Positions 26,740 to 36,507 of a DNA stretch of 64,000 nucleotides are shown piece after piece. The notes under the pieces are model-generated. The model had not been told where the DNA came from and made no database searches. It worked only from the letters and a program-made list of their open reading frames with translations. The first letter of the stretch is position 1. Every line of letters begins with the position of its first letter. The translations under genes and the position numbers were made by a program. The stretch lies in IMG/VR virus record IMGVR_UViG_3300032327_001521; one strand, written 5' to 3'. The stretch is from a virus (Duplodnaviria > Heunggongvirae > Uroviricota > Caudoviricetes).

Positions 26740-28728
26740 TTAAATAGAACTTGGACTAAGTCCACTGGAAGTTTGTGATGGCCGTACTGGAGTTGAGGCC
26801 GCCGTATTTAAGGTAGTTGCCTTCTCTATAATACGAGATTCTTCAGATTTCTTCTTTAACGACTCAGTCAAAGTTTCATTCTTGACAGTAAGCTCGGTAA
26901 CCTGTTTTTGCAAACTTGCAATTGTAGCATTATTTAGCAAAGCAGTTGCAGCATCCTCTGCTGCAGAGATAACTCCTGAGTAATTAACCGATGATGTCCA
27001 TTTTCCTGTATAGAGCATGGTTTCGGTACCATCAGTCTTAGACACAATTGATATATGAAACTGTTCATCAGTTGTCTCTAATAATGACTTAGCCTTTTCC
27101 TTAGGTATTCGAAAACATATTTCTCCTCGGCTTGGGCTTGTAAGCGTTGTATTTGTTACCGTGGCAAAAACAAAATCAGTTGTGCTACCAAAAACTAATT
27201 TGAATTCAGAGTTGTTATTTAAGTTGACCCTATCCTGTTTTGTAGAATCTAATGGATTAGCCTGATAAACTGTAAACTTAACCAAATTGTCAGTTGGATC
27301 AATCGGCAAAGTTAGTCGGCCTTGTCCATATACTACTTGGTCTGACTCACTGCCTACTTTTTGTAGAGCATTCTTTTGACTAATTCTAATATTTGACTGC
27401 TTTAACGGTACGTATTCAGGAATCTTACGCTCAACCACAATAGGTCGACCGCTACCACCGGATGGTAAACCTAAGCTTTGAGTTTTAACATTTACCTGAG
27501 CTGACTTTGGTGAAAATATTGAACCTATTTCAAAATTTTTCTGTACAATCTTATTGTAAACCTTCATTGATTGAGGGCTATCTAATAAGGTCAGCTTTGC
27601 TAAGCTACGGCCATATTTGTTTGGATTGATTACACTTAATGCGCCAGTTCGTATTACCTGTTCACCAGTCTTACGATTTAGTAGGCGTAGAGTATAGTCA
27701 ATTGACATCGATATTGCAAAACCGGCGTTTCTTAAAATTGGTCGATAACTTAGAGGCAGGTCAAAATTATCCTCTTGATAAACAATTAGATTGCCAGCTT
27801 GGATAAAATTTGAACCAAGTTGTTCATATACCTGTAGTTGATGAGATAGTATCCAGTCCTGATCAACTCCACTCTCATTAAGAGATGCAATCAAAGAATC
27901 TGGGAATGCTTGATTCCAGGTGGCAAAAAATTCAATATAGTCTCCATCTGTTGCCTCTATGATATGACACCCAAGACCATTAAACTTATTGTTTTGAGAG
28001 ATTGCGCCCTCATTATAATTATTGATTTGATATCGATCATACGTTATATTATTAGGCGCATTATACTCTTCGTATACGGCTTCTGCAAAAAATACCGTAA
28101 TCGGAGCACCCTTAATAAATCCAACTCCGCCTGTGATGATGTGCTCAAATGAGGCTGCTCCAAATTGTGCAAAATCTGCATTGAGTTTTGGAATAGATGG
28201 AATCTTTAGTTCAACATACTTATCGTATATAGTATTTGCAAGAAATAGAGGTTGAGTATTGTAAGTGAATATTTCCTGAGCGGTTACTGAGTCTAATAAT
28301 ATGTTAGCAAGTTGTAGTTGGCTTAGATCATTTAGTGTTTGCTTAACACCAAAGATTACGTTTTCAACCTCTGTAAAATTAAAACCCGATGCAAAATGAA
28401 CCCTAACTGTATCCATTACCAAATTTGTACTGGCTGCCTGAGGGACTGCTGTTTGGGTAAGCAATGGATCAAATTCAGTATAGATTGGACTAAGAGTAGG
28501 GTCAATATACACTGCTTTGGAACCACCAACCGATACAATACTTAGGTCTCTTGAATTATTGGTTACACTTCGATAGCCGTCAGTATTGTAAATTTGACGA
28601 GATTCTGTGTGAGCATTTGTTAGTACATAAAAATCAGAAGTCAATAACTCTGAGCCCGGATCATCAACTGGCGTTAGCCTGTACTCTAGTACACAATAGT
28701 CAGATAAATTTATAAAATTGGTATTCAT
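26740..28728 (-). CDS. hypothetical virion structural protein (662 aa)
   Basis: large beta-rich ORF in structural region; function not determinable from sequence. Confidence 0.45.
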   Translation of the reverse strand: MNTNFINLSDYCVLEYRLTPVDDPGSELLTSDFYVLTNAHTESRQIYNTDGYRSVTNNSRDLSIVSVGGSKAVYIDPTLSPIYTEFDPLLTQTAVPQAASTNLVMDTVRVHFASGFNFTEVENVIFGVKQTLNDLSQLQLANILLDSVTAQEIFTYNTQPLFLANTIYDKYVELKIPSIPKLNADFAQFGAASFEHIITGGVGFIKGAPITVFFAEAVYEEYNAPNNITYDRYQINNYNEGAISQNNKFNGLGCHIIEATDGDYIEFFATWNQAFPDSLIASLNESGVDQDWILSHQLQVYEQLGSNFIQAGNLIVYQEDNFDLPLSYRPILRNAGFAISMSIDYTLRLLNRKTGEQVIRTGALSVINPNKYGRSLAKLTLLDSPQSMKVYNKIVQKNFEIGSIFSPKSAQVNVKTQSLGLPSGGSGRPIVVERKIPEYVPLKQSNIRISQKNALQKVGSESDQVVYGQGRLTLPIDPTDNLVKFTVYQANPLDSTKQDRVNLNNNSEFKLVFGSTTDFVFATVTNTTLTSPSRGEICFRIPKEKAKSLLETTDEQFHISIVSKTDGTETMLYTGKWTSSVNYSGVISAAEDAATALLNNATIASLQKQVTELTVKNETLTESLKKKSEESRIIEKATTLNTAASTPVRPSQTSSGLSPSSI

Positions 28729-29546
28729 TTCTTGTACAATTTAATTGTTAACCAACTTGGCGAATAGTAAATGCCGACGCCAATCATTGGTGCAAGTGTC
28801 GGTTTTAGTTGAAGGGTTGCCCCATATCCTCCAAAAACACCAATTCCTAAATATGAAGAGGGTCGCTTATTAATTTCATTCTCAATTTGAGTAATTCCAT
28901 TCATGCTTATTTTAGCAGGAAATGCTGTCTTGGTGGTAATCCTTGCAATGCCGGTCTCTTTATCCCGACTGATTGCTAACTCTATTGCCATCTTAACAGC
29001 TGTTTCTATGTCAACACTACCGCCTGTAATCTTATCGTTTTTAATACTTGTTTGAACTTTACCTGATACCGTATATGAATTATTGGCATCATATTCCTTG
29101 CCAACTTCTATCCGTATTGTAGAATCATTAATTATGCGAGTCCCGGACTTTGAACCTGCTGCTTTTATTTGAGCAATCACAGTATCTCTAAATTGAATTT
29201 GACTATTTAGATAGGCAATCATCTTAGAGTCTTCGGCAGACTTACCTACAACCTTTTCGTATTTGGCATGTAGCGAACTAAATTGGTCAGTAAGCATTGC
29301 TTTATCAGCTGTTAGTATACTGATTGATGATAGGTTATTGCCATTTACATCTTTCCAAAATTTAACAGTATCTTGCATAACCTGCATATTACCATTTAGT
29401 ATTTGATTTGCTTGAGCAAGTCTTTGATTTTCAATAGCTAAGTCCTTATCTCCAGTACATTGCCGAAGAATAAGCATTACAATACAGGCTATTGCAATAA
29501 GAGCTATCCACTTAAGATTGCGATTAATAAATTCGAATAGAGCCAT
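28725..29546 (-). CDS. membrane-anchored coiled-coil protein
   Basis: N-terminal TM helix WIALIAIACIVMLIL followed by a heptad-rich region. Confidence 0.45.
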   Translation of the reverse strand: MALFEFINRNLKWIALIAIACIVMLILRQCTGDKDLAIENQRLAQANQILNGNMQVMQDTVKFWKDVNGNNLSSISILTADKAMLTDQFSSLHAKYEKVVGKSAEDSKMIAYLNSQIQFRDTVIAQIKAAGSKSGTRIINDSTIRIEVGKEYDANNSYTVSGKVQTSIKNDKITGGSVDIETAVKMAIELAISRDKETGIARITTKTAFPAKISMNGITQIENEINKRPSSYLGIGVFGGYGATLQLKPTLAPMIGVGIYYSPSWLTIKLYKK

Positions 29547-29769
29547 TGTCTAGTTGTTGAACCATTTTATAAAAATCTGGAACCTCTCCGGTGTCCACTT
29601 TTATTCTATCTATTAAATTAGCCTCAGCTTCTCGTGTTTGAGCAAGTTCAAATTCAATACTGTTTTTTTGAAGAGACAATAATTTAGTCTGTTCATCCAA
29701 TACTGCGAGTGACTGCTTTATTCTAGCATAGCTATCAATTATCCTTTTAACCTCTGGCAAATAATTCAT
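29524..29769 (-). CDS. hypothetical small coiled-coil protein
   Basis: 81-aa ORF. Confidence 0.35.
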   Translation of the reverse strand: MNYLPEVKRIIDSYARIKQSLAVLDEQTKLLSLQKNSIEFELAQTREAEANLIDRIKVDTGEVPDFYKMVQQLDNGSIRIY

Positions 29770-31037
29770 TAAATAGTTCTAATTTTAATTCCGTGAATGA
29801 AAAGTGAATCGTGTATAGCCTGTAAATAATATTCGCTCAAACCTAGGGAATTCCCAGCCATTTCTTCAGCTGGCTTTACCTCCGTAACAGCAGGCTGTGC
29901 AAGCTGACTTGACTGATTTACTGTATTGCTTGAATTATTATTGAATATTTGATTAGCTAAGGCTGATTCTGTTTGAGCTGGCTGTGTAAGAGTTGACAAC
30001 TTATCAGTAATACTGGAAGTCATTGTATTAGTTGTATTAGTTATAACCTTGCCAAGGTTATCAACACCCTGTGCTACCTGATTTGGTGGATTTAATATTT
30101 GATTTACCAGTGACTTATTCTTTATTGGATTGGTTGTCTTAACCGATACATCATTACTATATTGTTTAGTATTGATAGACTGCGAATTTTGTGATGCGTT
30201 ATTTGTAACTGATTGCAGATTATCAATTGCACTTAAGAAGCTTGATGTTGTATCAATACTAGACTCATCTATTGATTCAACCTTAGTTGACTCAGCCAGG
30301 GACGTCATTGATGGGCCTATGCTGTTTATTAGCGAATATATGCTATCTGTATACGAAGCAGCAGGTTTGGTTATAGCCTTATTCATATTCATAATTTGCA
30401 TACTATTAGATGAGCTAGGCTGTGTTCTATTCTCTGTACTCGGCAAGCCCTTATCCTGCCTTGGCACAGGCTGTGCAACAGTATTTACAATGGAGGTTGG
30501 AGTAAGTCTAGGCTCTGCTTCCGGTTGACTAGGCTTGTTAACTAAATTTAGAATAGAACTAACCATTGAATTTACAAAGCCTGTCTTTGATATATTTTGA
30601 GCAATACTAGTGGATGGGCTCATTGAGAGAGACGTCATTGCATTAAATTTAGAGTTTAATACTTCCTCTTGTGCATAGGTCTCTGATAGAGTTGACAAAA
30701 TATTATTGATTATAGATTTGGCAGGTTCAGGAAATTCAGCCAGGCTATAATCAAATGAATTGTTTACAGTTGAGTTATTGGAAGTTGATATATTATTGGT
30801 AACCGGCACAAGCTCTTTCTCAAGTGTTTGCACGGTAAGGTCAGGCACAGTAATCGGTGAGCTCTTTACTTGAGATGATACGCTACTGCTTGGTAATACC
30901 GCATCGGTTTGCTTAGATAGCAACTCTCCAAAAGTAGGAAAAGTTGATTTACTAGGTCTACCGTCAACTGCTAATTGAGCAATTCTGCCAGGCGACATCA
31001 TGCCTGCATCGTATCCATTAAACAGATCTTCTTCCAA
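29769..31037 (-). CDS. Ser/Thr/Asn-rich low-complexity protein
   Basis: 422 aa; TTG start in track, probable true ATG start at 31001 (MMSPGR). Confidence 0.45.
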   Translation of the reverse strand: MEEDLFNGYDAGMMSPGRIAQLAVDGRPSKSTFPTFGELLSKQTDAVLPSSSVSSQVKSSPITVPDLTVQTLEKELVPVTNNISTSNNSTVNNSFDYSLAEFPEPAKSIINNILSTLSETYAQEEVLNSKFNAMTSLSMSPSTSIAQNISKTGFVNSMVSSILNLVNKPSQPEAEPRLTPTSIVNTVAQPVPRQDKGLPSTENRTQPSSSNSMQIMNMNKAITKPAASYTDSIYSLINSIGPSMTSLAESTKVESIDESSIDTTSSFLSAIDNLQSVTNNASQNSQSINTKQYSNDVSVKTTNPIKNKSLVNQILNPPNQVAQGVDNLGKVITNTTNTMTSSITDKLSTLTQPAQTESALANQIFNNNSSNTVNQSSQLAQPAVTEVKPAEEMAGNSLGLSEYYLQAIHDSLFIHGIKIRTI

Positions 31038-31052
31038 TTTGTGCTCTCTTTT

Positions 31053-31066
31053 TGTTATTTATCAGG
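31053..31066 (-). promoter_or_regulatory. late-promoter-like motif (minus CCTGATAAATAACA)
   Basis: nearly identical to the copy at 42214-42228. Confidence 0.3.
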
Positions 31067-31239
31067 CGCTACCTGGCTGCTGGCCCAATTCGTCGGTGGG
31101 TTGAATCTCAAACTGTTGGTTTGAGTTAATGCCTGTCTCTTCAAGAATACTGTCTAGATAATGACAATATTCATAGTAAGGCAGTGCATACAGACTATTA
31201 AGTGATTGATTAAGCTTCACGGCAAGAATTCGGTTAATA

Positions 31240-32253
31240 TCAAATAAGTTCGTCAAGTCCGCCTGAAATAAGGAAAAGATCTTTGACCGTGAAGCCGGAC
31301 TGCTGAAAAAGAGGCGTTGAAACCGGATTTCCGCACTTAGGGCATTGAGTACTAACCATGGACAATCGAGCATTCTCAATCATCTCAGTGAATTTCTTAA
31401 TGAATGTAAACTTATTGATATGCCATGCATACGACTCTCTAGATAGACTTAAATACGCTTGTTGGTCTAGAGCCTGCCAGTCCTGAATTAGGTATGGTGC
31501 AGTTGATATAAATGCTTTATCTGGTAGCTTGCCCTGTTTACGGACATCTGAAATTCGAGCACGTAGTCTCTCAACTGTTCCGATAGTTGGCATATATAAG
31601 TAAAAGGTTTCTTTCAACTTTTCAGATTGAACCTCAAAACACTTGAATTCTGGCGAATAGTATTTCATGACCTCCGCTGGTAAGTCAATGAATCTTAACA
31701 TTGGACTCTTGATCTTTACATTGTCTGACCATCTAGTCTCTTGATCGCAACCTACATTACACTCAAATTTAACAAATAGTGAATTTTGACCATCTGGGAA
31801 AGTCATTTCCTGAATCATAAAGACTAGAGCAAGTCTATCTAATTCAGATATATCGCGCCAGGATAGCCAGCTTCGACCGCCTTTAATTTTAAATCTGCAG
31901 CACTTTTCAATAACATAATTGATCTTATCGTCTATGTCCAACATATCATTTTCATCGATTGTTGACCATTGCCTGATTTCAGATACGGTTGCTGCCTTTA
32001 TTGTAATCTCTGCATCGTCTGGATAAAATAGTCCACCTGACGGTAAATTGGCCAATGGTATGTTTTTCCAAAAAAGATCGTTTGAGCCACTCACAGTTGA
32101 TTCAACCATGGGCGTAGTGGCTTTTCCCAGCGAATTAGCAACCGGTGCAGGTGCTTCAGGCACAGCCTTAACGTCCTGATTCTTTCCGTAGATTTTGTCC
32201 TGCTGCTCTAAAAAGGCCAGCCCCTCACTTTGGAGTTCTTCCTCGTCTATCAT
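31240..32253 (-). CDS. hypothetical protein with C-terminal zinc-ribbon
   Basis: 337 aa; CPKCGNPV near C-terminus. Confidence 0.45.
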   Translation of the reverse strand: MIDEEELQSEGLAFLEQQDKIYGKNQDVKAVPEAPAPVANSLGKATTPMVESTVSGSNDLFWKNIPLANLPSGGLFYPDDAEITIKAATVSEIRQWSTIDENDMLDIDDKINYVIEKCCRFKIKGGRSWLSWRDISELDRLALVFMIQEMTFPDGQNSLFVKFECNVGCDQETRWSDNVKIKSPMLRFIDLPAEVMKYYSPEFKCFEVQSEKLKETFYLYMPTIGTVERLRARISDVRKQGKLPDKAFISTAPYLIQDWQALDQQAYLSLSRESYAWHINKFTFIKKFTEMIENARLSMVSTQCPKCGNPVSTPLFQQSGFTVKDLFLISGGLDELI

Positions 32254-32276
32254 GTACTATACTGGGTTTATTGAAA

Positions 32277-32732
32277 TTATATCACGAAATCTAGGAAAGT
32301 TTTCGCTAGATGTGATTTGGACTCATTGAGTCGGTTTAGGCTATCCGCATATACTTCAACCTTTTTTAAGGTTTTCGGATCCTGAATAAATGCCCTAATT
32401 GTCTTTGTCTTCTTATCAATCTTAAAGCTGTCAAAACGGCCAATTATGATAGACGGTTCACGCTTATCATTTGAAAAGGTTGAGTTTACCTGTACTCCAC
32501 TTGTCCTGGAGCCCTTTTTAAAATGCAGGTTCATATTGTGAATCTCACGGTCAAACTCATCAGTTTTGGCTGAAGCTGGCCTAGAAAGATCAGCTAGGGG
32601 TAGCAACTTGATTGCAATACCACTACTAAACGGCGACTTGGCTGCAACAAAATTAAAGTCAGTCTTTCCATAGAAAGGAAGACCTCTCATTGCCTGTTGG
32701 CGTTGTCCAAATGTTAGTACTGGTGCTGCCAT
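32277..32732 (-). CDS. hypothetical protein
   Basis: 151-aa ORF. Confidence 0.4.
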   Translation of the reverse strand: MAAPVLTFGQRQQAMRGLPFYGKTDFNFVAAKSPFSSGIAIKLLPLADLSRPASAKTDEFDREIHNMNLHFKKGSRTSGVQVNSTFSNDKREPSIIIGRFDSFKIDKKTKTIRAFIQDPKTLKKVEVYADSLNRLNESKSHLAKTFLDFVI

Positions 32733-32733
32733 A

Positions 32734-33063
32734 TTATAGTATTCCTGCTGTATTTGTTGTTCCTAGCACAGTGATAAATGAGCCGGCCGGTGTTTCAAGT
32801 TTAGCAATATTAACGTATTCAGTTGCACCAGGTGCAAGATAAATTGTAGACCCTGTACCGGATGTGCCCTGATCAACGGTCCAAACTTTTACTGACCGGC
32901 CGTTAGCTGGATCCGGATTATGAATTCCAAACCAATTAGGCGACCATGTTCCAATTGACCCATTTGAATCTTTGTGACCTGAGCCATCAGTAAAGGTTGG
33001 CGTATAGAGTACAGTATTGTTGGCAGGTTGATGAGTTTTTAGAAATTTTGGAATAGGTATCAT
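32734..33063 (-). CDS. small beta-rich protein, tandem paralog A
   Basis: shares LYTPTFT-GSG--DSNGSIGTWSPNWF and TVDQGTSGTG blocks with the next gene. Confidence 0.5.
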   Translation of the reverse strand: MIPIPKFLKTHQPANNTVLYTPTFTDGSGHKDSNGSIGTWSPNWFGIHNPDPANGRSVKVWTVDQGTSGTGSTIYLAPGATEYVNIAKLETPAGSFITVLGTTNTAGIL

Positions 33064-33084
33064 TTAGGTTAAACTAATTGTTTT

Positions 33085-33411
33085 TTAGATCATGGTTGCA
33101 GTTGTATTAGTGGTACCAAAGAGTGTTACGCTACCTGATCCAACCGTTATCTTGGCAATATTTGCATAGAATGTTCCACCACCAAGCAGATATGCAACAA
33201 CACCGCTGCCTGATGTTCCTTGGTCAACAGTCCATATTGTTACACTCTTAGCTGTAGCGCTTGGATTATGGACGGCAAACCAATTTGGAGACCATGTTCC
33301 AATTGACCCATTTGAATCACCGCGACCAGACCCGTTGGTAAACGTCGGTGTGTAGAGTGCAGTGCTATCTGAAGCAGTATGAGTCTTTATGAATTTAGCA
33401 ATATATGGCAT
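33085..33411 (-). CDS. small beta-rich protein, tandem paralog B (start moved to MPYIAKFIKTH)
   Basis: aligns end-to-end with paralog A; the track's longer start would overlap the upstream gene. Confidence 0.5.
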   Translation of the reverse strand: MPYIAKFIKTHTASDSTALYTPTFTNGSGRGDSNGSIGTWSPNWFAVHNPSATAKSVTIWTVDQGTSGSGVVAYLLGGGTFYANIAKITVGSGSVTLFGTTNTTATMI

Positions 33412-33427
33412 CTGAGTTATATGGTTT

Positions 33428-34132
33428 TTAGCAAGCACAATCGTTTGGATCGGTATTGCTTTTTGCGTATATGACCACTCCCGTAACTTTGATACTGAAA
33501 TCAGCATTTGGGTTGTAGATCTCTAGCTTATTTATTAGAGAGTCAGCTCCTCGAGTCTCGGGGTTTACGAAGTGCGCAAAAAACTCGTGTAATGGCATTG
33601 TAAATTCATCTAGATTTCGGTTGGTTATCTTAATCTGGCATTCGTAATCAGCTGGGAGTACATCATTTCCATTCTTGTCCTTCATTGGGTACTTGATATA
33701 GAGCATGCAGCCCCTAGCATAGTTACGATCGTTTTGAACAACATAATAATAAGGAGTGCCAGATGGATCAGCTCCGTTAATCTCAACATACTCATTCCCA
33801 GTCCCGAATGGATAATTAGATGGGTTTCCAGAAGGCTGATATGGAATGACGGAATCAGTATCATTGTCATATACTGATAAGGTTTCGCCAGCACATACTT
33901 CAAAATCAATGGCTAGACTGCTGTCAACTGGGTATGCGAAATTAGACAACTCGCAAAAATTGGTTTCCTTTTGCGATCCATTAAAGATTGAAAAACATTT
34001 GTCAACTAGTCGTAGGGCACGCTTAGTTGGCAAGGTTGAGCAAAGATTAGCGAATGCATCACTAACTCGTTTAGCTAAAGGATCATCATTGTATTTGATA
34101 TAAGCCATTCTTGATAGAACATTTTTAATCAA
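33428..34132 (-). CDS. hypothetical protein
   Basis: 234-aa ORF. Confidence 0.45.
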   Translation of the reverse strand: MIKNVLSRMAYIKYNDDPLAKRVSDAFANLCSTLPTKRALRLVDKCFSIFNGSQKETNFCELSNFAYPVDSSLAIDFEVCAGETLSVYDNDTDSVIPYQPSGNPSNYPFGTGNEYVEINGADPSGTPYYYVVQNDRNYARGCMLYIKYPMKDKNGNDVLPADYECQIKITNRNLDEFTMPLHEFFAHFVNPETRGADSLINKLEIYNPNADFSIKVTGVVIYAKSNTDPNDCAC

Positions 34133-34146
34133 TTACGATCAGCTTG

Positions 34147-34737
34147 CTATTGAATTCCTCTTGCTAACCTAGCGTCAATTGATATGTAATTATCTATTTG
34201 CGGCTCTGGCTTAATTATCTGGGGTTCAGTCTCCTCGGCAATATCTGGTTCAGCTTTAACTTCTGCTATGGTCACAATTTCTTCAGCATCTGGCCTAGTC
34301 TCGTCGGTCGGCTTTATGTAATCAACCAGTGACTTAATAAAGCCCAGTGCAACAATAGGTAAGATAGCACCGCTCACGACTGAAAGTACTCTCTTTTGAT
34401 AGATTAGATCTTCGTCAACCAGGCCAAATAGCTCAATCCATCCCTGGAATCCTTCTAGGTGGACGTACGCGTAGTATGCATTACCCATAGCCTGCATAGC
34501 TGTGAGGATTAAGAAGAGGCTCCAAACAATACCCTTGTTCATCTTATCCAATGTTATCAAAGATGCCAGAGAGGCAGCTGCTCCAACCTCAAAAGCAACA
34601 GCTAGACTAATTGCAAGCCAGGTTGGATTAGACAGCTTAAAGAAGTCAATCACATGCACGGTAGATATACATGACACAAGTAGGTACAGAGTAACAAACG
34701 TGCCAATGATAAAGTAGCTAGTAAGTTTCTTGTGCAT
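34147..34737 (-). CDS. polytopic membrane protein (about 4 TM helices)
   Basis: hydrophobic helices FIIGTFVTLYLLVSCI, WLAISLAVAFEVGAAASLASLI, WSLFLILTAMQAMG, VVSGAILPIVALGFI. Confidence 0.45.
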   Translation of the reverse strand: MHKKLTSYFIIGTFVTLYLLVSCISTVHVIDFFKLSNPTWLAISLAVAFEVGAAASLASLITLDKMNKGIVWSLFLILTAMQAMGNAYYAYVHLEGFQGWIELFGLVDEDLIYQKRVLSVVSGAILPIVALGFIKSLVDYIKPTDETRPDAEEIVTIAEVKAEPDIAEETEPQIIKPEPQIDNYISIDARLARGIQ

Positions 34738-35021
34738 TACTTCTCCAACTTTTTAAGCAGGATATCAATCTCAGCTTGGCGATTTACATCAAGCATGGTT
34801 CGGTCAGTTGACTGAATCATTCGTTTTTCAGCCTTAAGGCCTTCAATTTCAAGGCGTGAAACCAATTCATCTCTGTGACAAATTGAGTCAAGTTTGGCAT
34901 TTGCAGACTTGACCTTTTTCTCTAGCCCGTTAATATTTCTCGAATTACTACACTCTTGCACAAGGATCACAAGCAGTAAGCCAACTACAATTTTACTAAA
35001 GTTTTGATTTATGAAATTCAT
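34737..35021 (-). CDS. small N-terminally anchored coiled-coil protein
   Basis: TM helix IVVGLLLVILV then charged helical region; overlaps adjacent gene by 1 nt. Confidence 0.4.
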   Translation of the reverse strand: MNFINQNFSKIVVGLLLVILVQECSNSRNINGLEKKVKSANAKLDSICHRDELVSRLEIEGLKAEKRMIQSTDRTMLDVNRQAEIDILLKKLEK

Positions 35022-35051
35022 ATAATAGAATTTTTTACTATTTATTCTAGC

Positions 35052-35366
35052 CTATTTAACTGCATCCCATTCAATTCGACAGCTTAATCTCTTGTATCGA
35101 GCTTCAATATCATCAATTTGACGCTTAATAATCTGGTCAAAGAATGACTTAGCCGACTCATCAACCTGACCTTCAAACTTAATAATACCATCTTCTTCGT
35201 ATAGTCTTCCAATCGTTTTGCCTGTCTTAGGTTCGGTAAATTTAATAAAATGGTCAGCCGGTGTGAGCCACTTTAAATGATGGTTTGTGGTTAGAATAGC
35301 TCCAGTTAGAGCTGGGTCAGCTATTGTGGTACTGTATTCATTGTATGCATAATCTTCTGTTTCCAT
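35052..35366 (-). CDS. hypothetical protein
   Basis: 104-aa ORF. Confidence 0.4.
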   Translation of the reverse strand: METEDYAYNEYSTTIADPALTGAILTTNHHLKWLTPADHFIKFTEPKTGKTIGRLYEEDGIIKFEGQVDESAKSFFDQIIKRQIDDIEARYKRLSCRIEWDAVK

Positions 35367-35369
35367 TGC

Positions 35370-35870
35370 TTATATCGTAATAGATTTAATCCATTCAGTT
35401 ATTTCCGCACGATAGCATACTGCTTTAATTAGATAGGCTACAGAGACGGTAACCAGGCTAAGCCAGGCCAGGACATGAGCCCAATCTCCAAAGCCGGACA
35501 TTGACCTATACTTTATCTGAATAAGATATGCATAGTGATCTGTTGTTTTTATACGTTCAGTTTTTGCCTCAATTAGCTCAGTAAGCTCGGCTGTCTCAAA
35601 TATAAGCTTTTTTGAATTTATTGACTCTAGCACCCGACTACGCTCAAGCTCCATTACCTCAGTTCCCATCATTAGGGTTTCAGGTTCAAGATTTAGTATA
35701 TAGTAGGCTCGACGTCTCATATCTAACCGCATGCCAACCTGGGAAAGTGAGCCATTCCTGTTAAGCTTTAGCATTTGGTTAACGTAAAAATTTCTATTTC
35801 TGATGTTTCTGACTATCAGCATTAGACTTCTCCAAAAGATAGTTGGGTTTAAGAATTCAAATATGGTCAT
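35370..35870 (-). CDS. hypothetical protein with C-terminal TM helix
   Basis: 166 aa; WAHVLAWLSLVTVSVAYLI. Confidence 0.4.
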   Translation of the reverse strand: MTIFEFLNPTIFWRSLMLIVRNIRNRNFYVNQMLKLNRNGSLSQVGMRLDMRRRAYYILNLEPETLMMGTEVMELERSRVLESINSKKLIFETAELTELIEAKTERIKTTDHYAYLIQIKYRSMSGFGDWAHVLAWLSLVTVSVAYLIKAVCYRAEITEWIKSITI

Positions 35871-35871
35871 A

Positions 35872-36498
35872 TTAAAAATATTGCGCTAGGTTATCTTGCA
35901 TGTGTGGGTTGTTTGCTAACACTCGATCCTTAAGCATTCTACGAGCCTTTCGAATCTTGGTTTTAACCGTGTTTAGGTTCATTTGATATTTCTCAGCAAT
36001 TTCATTGCCCTTCATCAAATGAACCTCCTTATCAATTAGAATAGATTTTTCTAGACATTCTGGTAACTGTCGCATCTCAAGAGTTGTCATTGAATACAGA
36101 GAGTCCATGTAGATCTCACGCTCAAAGTTAGAAAGAGAAGTATCCTCGATTATTGGAGGAGTCAGCATATTATCAAGCCGTACTGCAAAATTGGTCTTTA
36201 GCTTATGCTTATGTAGCAATGATTCATTTTTTGCAATAGTATAGATCCAGGTAGTAAATCTAAACTTATCACTATATGACGCTAGCCCTTTAAATATTTT
36301 GAATAGGGTATTGTGCAAAACCTCATCCGTTTCATCTGGATCGTTAAAAAACTTCCAAATAAAATACTTAAGTTTTGGATACATGATTGTTGAAAGCCGA
36401 TTTCTATCCCTTTCTGTATATTCTCCACTCTTTATTTTCTCAGCGAGAGATTGCATCTCATCGTTGAGTTGGCGATTGACCGCGTCATATGAACTCAT
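35872..36498 (-). CDS. phage RNA polymerase sigma factor (sigma-70 region 2/4-like)
   Basis: FTTWIYTIAKNESLLH resembles region 2.2-2.4; C-terminal HTH MKGNEIAEKYQMNLNTVKTKIRKARRML resembles region 4. Confidence 0.55.
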   Translation of the reverse strand: MSSYDAVNRQLNDEMQSLAEKIKSGEYTERDRNRLSTIMYPKLKYFIWKFFNDPDETDEVLHNTLFKIFKGLASYSDKFRFTTWIYTIAKNESLLHKHKLKTNFAVRLDNMLTPPIIEDTSLSNFEREIYMDSLYSMTTLEMRQLPECLEKSILIDKEVHLMKGNEIAEKYQMNLNTVKTKIRKARRMLKDRVLANNPHMQDNLAQYF

Positions 36499-36507
36499 GT
36501 TAATATT

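Noticed and set aside
31062-31379. ORF 31062..31379 (-).
   Set aside because: It overlaps gene 31240..32253 in another frame; only its start-less tail falls in the intergenic gap.
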